A stretch of DNA of 12,946 nucleotides from Amoeboradix gromovi X-113 (lineage: Eukaryota; Fungi; Sanchytriomycota): assembly GCA_018985225.1 (NCBI GenBank), contig JADGIF010000247.1, positions 1-12,946 of the forward strand, written 5' to 3'. Below the pieces are notes generated by a model. The model was not told where the DNA came from and did not search any database. It was given only the letters and a program-made list of their open reading frames with translations. Shown piece by piece: positions 7,541 to 12,946 of the stretch; the first letter of the stretch is position 1; each line of letters opens with the position of its first letter. A program made the position numbers and the translations under genes.

Positions 7541-7795
7541 CATTTTCCATGCTTGCTTATAAATTATATTCTTATCCTTTGTACCTAGCTGCTCCTCAAA
7601 CTTAATACATCTATTTAAATGGTTTCTTAAACTATCTACTCTGCCGTGTATTTTTAGTAACTTACCACAGTAGCTACAAGGGCTAGGTGATGAGTGAACG
7701 TTTTTGACATGTCTTTTCAAAACAGATTTTTCTTTAAAATTCTTATGACATCTAACGCAAGCAAGTTCCGAAGTCAACAATGCTTCTATTTGCAT
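7493..7795 (-). CDS. Small zinc-finger protein (C2H2 plus C2HC/BED-like finger)
   Basis: CVRCHKNFKEKSVLKRHVKNVH and CSYCGKLL...DSLRNHLNRC. First ATG is at 7795 (the ORF track starts at TTG 7840). The last ~14 codons lie inside element copy B. Confidence 0.7.
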   Translation of the reverse strand: MQIEALLTSELACVRCHKNFKEKSVLKRHVKNVHSSPSPCSYCGKLLKIHGRVDSLRNHLNRCIKFEEQLGTKDKNIIYKQAWKMAQVDLRENQEYPQRN

Positions 7796-7861
7796 CGATT
7801 GTGTTTCCTCCTTTAAGCGTGAAGTTGTCCTAAATGTCAAAATAAATTTAAAATCGCTTTA

Positions 7862-9206
7862 TTAAACACCGGAAAACGGGTTGTCTCTTTGAGAAATATG
7901 AATTATTGCCGACATTTGAATATCATTCTCTACCGATTTTGAGGTTTTTGATACCCCAATATCTGTATCATCCACAAAGTTGTACTCTTCATCGAGTTCA
8001 TGAGTTCCAGCAAAACTCCCAAGTGCTATCTTAACTTCTGATATCTGATCTAATGCATGTCGAATATTACTCTCTAGTCTGTTTGCATGATTCTCCGTTT
8101 TTATCAGATCTTCAAGCATCAGCCTAAGAAGTTGAACTTGCTCAGGCAGTAGTATAGTAGGCTGCCCATATACCTTGTCCTGAAGTCTTAAAATGTTTTG
8201 CAATTTCAAATCCTGAACTTGTTGCTTCACACTTGATTTAGCTCTGTATTCCTCATATAACTCAGTCATATTCATACTTAGGATAGTTATGGGGAATGCA
8301 ACTACTAGTAGACCTGTAAACATAGTAAAGCCAGCAATTAATTTGCCCCAAAAACTCATCGGAACCATATCCCCATATCCTACCTAAATTATACATAATT
8401 ACTGTAGTTAATGTTACCATAGCCCACCACATCGAATCTGGAATAGATTGAAATTCTGACCTTTGTCCTGCTAGTTCTCCTTCCGTATAAAATAATATTC
8501 CCGAAAATGAGTCTTTTGTCGAAATAGCTAATTCTGCATAATACACACAACTGCCATATAGAAACAAACAGTTTGTTATTAGAAATACGAGCATTAAAAC
8601 CGCATCTCTGGACCTCTTCAGAGCTTCAAATACCATTTGGACTTGTTGTGTATGTTGAGAAATTTTGAGTAATCTAAACATTCTGAGTATTCTGGACAAT
8701 CTTATAATGCCTATTAAAGCTTGGTTAGTGTCCTCAAAGAAAATCGTGAGGAAAAAAGGTAATATTGTGAATAAATCAATCATCCAAGACACCGAAAATA
8801 TATATTTGTGAATCCATTTGAAAGATGGGAAAAAGACAATCCGAAGAAAATACTCTAACGTAAATATCACAGATATAGCGAGCTCATTATATTTCCATAA
8901 CAATCTCTCTTTTGGTGTACTGTTTAATGACCAAACTGTTTCAAGAGAAAATGATACAGCACACCAAATGATTGACGTTGCTAAAAACGTACTGGTGATA
9001 GCACCAGCTATTCCAAATTTAGGATCCGTTAATATTAGAAATACAGATTTACGAAATCTTAATATTGGCTTGTCATCAGACTGAATTTTAAATTCCATAG
9101 ACTTATTTCTTGCTATCTCCTTTACAGAATTATCCGAAGAGGAAGTTTCGCTGCTTGAATTATCGCTATCTCTTCTGAATCCTGATGCTGCATTATGGTA
9201 ATTCAT
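7862..9206 (-). CDS. Voltage-gated K+ channel (6TM Kv-like), paralog 2; exons 9206-8403 and 8383-7862, 441 aa
   Basis: S2 FTLEYFLR, S3 IDLFTILPFF, S4 IRLSRILRMFRLLK, pore FQSIPDSMWWAMVTLTT|VGYGD restored by removing the 19-nt GT-AG intron 8402-8384, S6 GLLVVAFPITIL. Confidence 0.93.
8384..8402 (-). other. 19-nt spliceosomal intron
   Basis: GTAATTATGTATAATTTAG; its removal joins two ORFs and rebuilds TTVGYGD. Confidence 0.9.
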
Positions 9207-9274
9207 AAAAAGATTTTGACCAAGCCTCTCAATTTGAAGATAATTAAAAATAAATCTGGTAATAAAGCTGCTAT

Positions 9275-10575
9275 TTATTTTGCGAGGAAAGGTTCTACTT
9301 TTATATCTCTGGCTATGTCATATGATATTTTAGCAGAATTCCTATATGTCTCTCCCCTACCTAGTAGTATTTGAACTCCAGCTCTAATTTGTTCTTGTTC
9401 TTGTTGCAAAGAGTATATCATATTGTTGATTGAAGCCGTAAAACTATCAATCTCATCTAATTCAGAAATTACTGATTTTAAGATAGATAGCTGTTTTTGG
9501 GTTATATCTGGTATATTCGTAACGGAAACCCTGAAACGTAGCTTATCCAAAGGGTTATTTACAGCAACATGTGTTGTAAATTCTTTTACTCTTTTCTGCT
9601 TTTTAGATTCGTCATAGAGTTCAGACATGTTAATGGACAAAATTGTAATAGGAAATGCGATTAATAATATTCCAAGAAACATTGCAAGACCAGCTATAGT
9701 CTTTCCTAGTCCAGAGGTTGGGTACATGTCACCATATCCTACCTAAATGAAAAAAAGAATACCGTAGTCAGTGTGACAATCGCCCACCACATAGTATGCG
9801 GAATAGACTGAAATGTAGAAACAGAGCCATTTAATGTACCACTGGTGTATACTAGCAAGCCAGTGCTAGTGTCGAGGGTTGATATTCCAGCCTCGGAGAA
9901 GTAGACAAAGGATCCAAAAATAAATAATCCATTAATTAACAAAAATACAAGCATGAGAATAGCTTCTCTTGATCTAGACATTGCCTTGACTACCATCTTA
10001 ACCTGCTTCATATTTTTTGACAATTTAAATAATCTAAAAATTCTTAAAATTCGTACTAAACGAACAACTCTCAAAATTGATACATCAGAGCTGTTTTCTG
10101 TAAAAATTTGAATGTAAAAAGGAAGAATAGACATCAAATCTATTAAAGAAGATGGTTTTATCAAATGATTAGGTAGCTTTGCTAAATCTGGGATTAGCAA
10201 GACTTTCGCAAAATAATCAACACTGAAAGTAATGTTAAAAAAAAGTTCGAACCCGTTGAATATCGCTTGCTGTTCGTCGCTGCTGTTTAGTATATGCATA
10301 GTTTCTAGAATAAACTCTAATATAGACCCAATAATTATAAATGCCAAAATTATAGAAATTATTTTAGCACTTTTGCTGTATTCTAAATCGTCCAATGTTC
10401 CAAATACTATCTTTCGAAATTTTTTGATCTTCGAATCTTCGGGGTTTACGGTGTACATTTCTTTCCAGCCTGCTTTTGCAGCTTCCTGCTCTTCAAACTC
10501 TATTTCCTCAGTTCCTTGTTCCTTATTAGTCTTATCACGTTTTCCAGCAATAAGAAATGCATCAGTTGCTTTCAT
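9275..10575 (-). CDS. Voltage-gated K+ channel (6TM Kv-like), paralog 1; exons 10575-9763 and 9742-9275, 426 aa
   Basis: S4 LRVVRLVRILRIFRLFKLSK, pore FQSIPHTMWWAIVTLTT|VGYGDMYP restored by removing the 20-nt intron 9762-9743, S6 GILLIAFPITIL. Confidence 0.93.
9743..9762 (-). other. 20-nt spliceosomal intron
   Basis: GTATTCTTTTTTTCATTTAG, at the same codon position as the intron in the paralog. Confidence 0.9.
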
Positions 10576-10621
10576 ATCTTAGAGAAACAAAAAGCCACAT
10601 TAAAGATTTGATTTCAATAAT

Positions 10622-11348
10622 TTACTCGATTCCGTTATAGTGATAGTATAACTCGCTAACGTCCCATGCGCCTATAAAGTCCCATCCTTTTTGGTCAATG
10701 TGATATACTAAATTAATCTAAACAACCATTGACTCTACCACCACTTGCGGCATCTCTATGTGCGGCATGGTATATTGCTCTTTTTCCAAGCTCTAATGCC
10801 TGTTCTTTAGTCAAATCATACTTGTAAGTGGTATCAAGAACACCATAAGCATGGGTGCTTCCACTGCCAACACTAAATAGCTTACCTTCCAATCGTTGCC
10901 CATCATTATCCACGTAATAAATCTGAGGTCCTTTGTCATCCCAACCACAGATCATAGTTCCCATGCTCAATCCACGTCCCTTGTACTGATAAATCATGTT
11001 ACATAACACCTTGCTAGCACCGCAAACACTAATTCTTTTTCCATACTGCAATTCATAGGTTCTGCAATATTTGCCGAGATTTCTTTGCCAATAGCTACAA
11101 TCGGCAGCCCCACCAGCCATCGTTCCTAACAAATAAGGATTAATTCTGATAACTTTGTGAACAGATTGTGACGCTATATAGCTGCCAGCTGTTGCTCTTG
11201 AGTCAACAGCGACAACTACACCGTGTTTGTAGGTGAAGGCAAGAGTTGTAGTTCCTTTATGCATTTTAGATGTAATAATTGAGTTGTCTACATCAGATAC
11301 TTCCGGGAGTTTATGTAAATTTGAATGAACATCAAGAACTTCAAGCAT
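10622..11348 (-). CDS. PRE2: 20S proteasome subunit beta5; exons 11348-10727 and 10707-10622
   Basis: Propeptide ending HKG|[61 protein letters not shown]. The C-terminus [24 protein letters not shown]... is recovered after the 19-nt intron 10726-10708. Confidence 0.96.
10708..10726 (-). other. 19-nt spliceosomal intron
   Basis: GTTGTTTAGATTAATTTAG; contains the in-frame stop, and its removal restores the conserved beta5 C-terminus. Confidence 0.88.
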
Positions 11349-11674
11349 TCTATTTTCAAGGAGATCTCAAAAAATATAGCTAAATCATGATATTTTCCAT
11401 TGTTTACCTTGAGCTGTGTAATAGCAACTTGTAAAAATTTATAAGAGCTCTTGTACCCATTATGTGGTACTAATTTTGAAAGGAGTCATCACGTGTTTGG
11501 AACTGATCAATTGAGTGTGCTCTGAATTAATTGAGGAGAAGCAACAGTATGATTCTTCTTCTTGTGGCTTATTCATTTCCAATGCAGCTGGAACAGGATC
11601 TAGCAACTACTGAGATATTTTTTTGCTGCTTTATTGGAAGCTGTTGTAGTATATTATATTTGATTTACTTTTAG

Positions 11675-12769
11675 CTAAATAGTTTTTAATATTTGAATCA
11701 CATCCTCGTCTTCCAGTATATGCTGAATACCAACCTGTTGTGGGGAATGTCTAGTACTGCATCCCCATACTAACGCACATTTAAATTCTTCTTCCAACGA
11801 TTTATGAATCATTTTACATATATGCTGAACACTAGTGCTGCGCTTAACTACAAAACCGTTTTCAAAATCTGGATACTCTCCTTTTCTTTTAGTGTAGACT
11901 CGAATAAGGTCCAAATGATACCAAATACACTCTAATAAATAATCTAAATTTAAATCAAATTCGCAAGAGATAACCACAGAATTCTCTTGTGAAGCTAGTT
12001 CTTCCACTCGTTCTAAAGGAACCGAGTCAATCTTATTGTAGCAAAATAAGCCACGAATGTATCTTCTACCACCAACCAAGACGTCTACAAATTCGTCAAC
12101 TGTGTAGTCGCCATGGCATATTACCTCAGCATGATGGATCTTTTGATCTTTCAGAATTGAAGAGATTATTTTATCGTTCAAATGTATACACTTGCATGTG
12201 GCATTAAAATATATACCACCACCTTGCTTCTGCTTTATATATATATTTGGGGGTTCTTTGTTTATTCTAATACCCATGTACTCTAATTCTCGGAGCAAAA
12301 TATTCATTTGTTGAACATCTTTGGAAGCATCAAGCATAAATAACACTAGGTCAGCTGTACGAATTATAGAACAAACTTGACGGCCACGGCCTTTGCCTTG
12401 AGCTGCACCTTGAATAATACCAGGTAGATCTAAAAGTTGAACTTCAGTGCCGTGCAATTTCAACTTTCCAGGAATCGCAGTCAACGTTGTGAATTCGTAG
12501 CTAGCAACTAAGCTCTCTGTAGAAGTTAGTTTGGATAGTAAGGTACTTTTTCCAACAGAAGGAAAGCCTAGCATCGCAACTCTAGCCACGCCACTTTTTT
12601 GTACATCAAATCCCTCACCTTTTCCTGATGATTTTGGATCCTCCAATAGTTCCTGTCTCAGCTTCGCTAATTTTGCTTTTAATGAGCCCAAGTGATGCTC
12701 AGTTGCCTTGTTTTTCTGAGTTCTAGACATCTCATATTCAATGTCTTTGATTTTATCTGTAATCCCCAT
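11675..12769 (-). CDS. RBG2: Developmentally regulated GTP-binding protein, DRG2/RBG2 type
   Basis: MGI..KI..IE.EM.RTQKNKATE.HLG.LKAKLA, GFPSVGKST, YEFTTLT, QLLDLPGII.GA..GKGRGRQV, NKID, and a C-terminal TGS domain. Confidence 0.93.
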   Translation of the reverse strand: MGITDKIKDIEYEMSRTQKNKATEHHLGSLKAKLAKLRQELLEDPKSSGKGEGFDVQKSGVARVAMLGFPSVGKSTLLSKLTSTESLVASYEFTTLTAIPGKLKLHGTEVQLLDLPGIIQGAAQGKGRGRQVCSIIRTADLVLFMLDASKDVQQMNILLRELEYMGIRINKEPPNIYIKQKQGGGIYFNATCKCIHLNDKIISSILKDQKIHHAEVICHGDYTVDEFVDVLVGGRRYIRGLFCYNKIDSVPLERVEELASQENSVVISCEFDLNLDYLLECIWYHLDLIRVYTKRKGEYPDFENGFVVKRSTSVQHICKMIHKSLEEEFKCALVWGCSTRHSPQQVGIQHILEDEDVIQILKTI

Positions 12770-12796
12770 CTGTTTACAATTACTTTTTTTACTAAT

Positions 12797-12826
12797 GGGA
12801 CATCAAATATAAAAACTGGACTAACT
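12797..12826 (+). repeat. Second copy of the 30-bp dispersed repeat
   Basis: GGGACATCAAATATAAAAACTGGACTAACT versus GGGACACCAAATATAAAAACTAGACTAACT (reverse complement of 49-78). Confidence 0.75.
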
Positions 12827-12946
12827 TTGAACATTATTTCTGCTTTATTAATTTTATGGATTTAAGAGACGAGTGGACATTCAGCTAGTTGCGGAGTTGG
12901 CGAGTATAAAAGGAAAATAAATATTCTGTACAGCTATTCTCTTACT

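Noticed and set aside
8262-9762. Kv genes as frameshifted pseudogenes or recoded stops
   Set aside because: Canonical GT-AG micro-introns at the same position in both paralogues explain the breaks.
11349-11674. Relatively long spacer with a 38-codon minus-strand ORF (MNKPQEEESYCC...)
   Set aside because: No motif, repeat or RNA structure that I could support.
1504-12207. Short nested or antisense ORFs (1504-1890, 3602-3805, 4579-4914, 6583-6810, 6611-6838, 8818-9084, 9423-9617, 10232-10582, 11989-12207)
   Set aside because: All are shadows of well-supported genes and lack recognisable motifs.
49-12826. The inverted 30-bp pair read as TIRs of one 12.8-kb transposon
   Set aside because: The enclosed genes are housekeeping, there is no transposase or target duplication, and two independent remnants is simpler.

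Overview
AT-rich, very compact eukaryotic window, most consistent with an early-diverging fungus or related opisthokont protist (inference). It uses the standard code and has tiny intergenic spacers and 19-20-nt GT-AG introns. Genes in order: F-box/LRR protein, FxFG nucleoporin (Nup1/Nup153-like), mitochondrial-type PheRS, 7TM-RGS protein, eIF5, a small C2H2 zinc-finger protein, two tandem Kv-type K+ channels, proteasome beta5 and a DRG2/RBG2 GTPase. The main hidden signal is missed by the ORF track: the two 'intergenic' gaps flanking eIF5 (~5162-5702 and ~7012-7540) are two decayed, internally deleted copies of a Fanzor/TnpB-family (OMEGA) element. They retain CxxC...CxxC-DRD-xx-AARNI zinc-finger/RuvC-III remnants, a P-type RuvC-II remnant (LPEF) and a ~110-nt right-end segment (~82% identical by hand alignment) that folds like an omegaRNA scaffold. 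A 30-bp repeat at both window ends may be Tc1/mariner debris.
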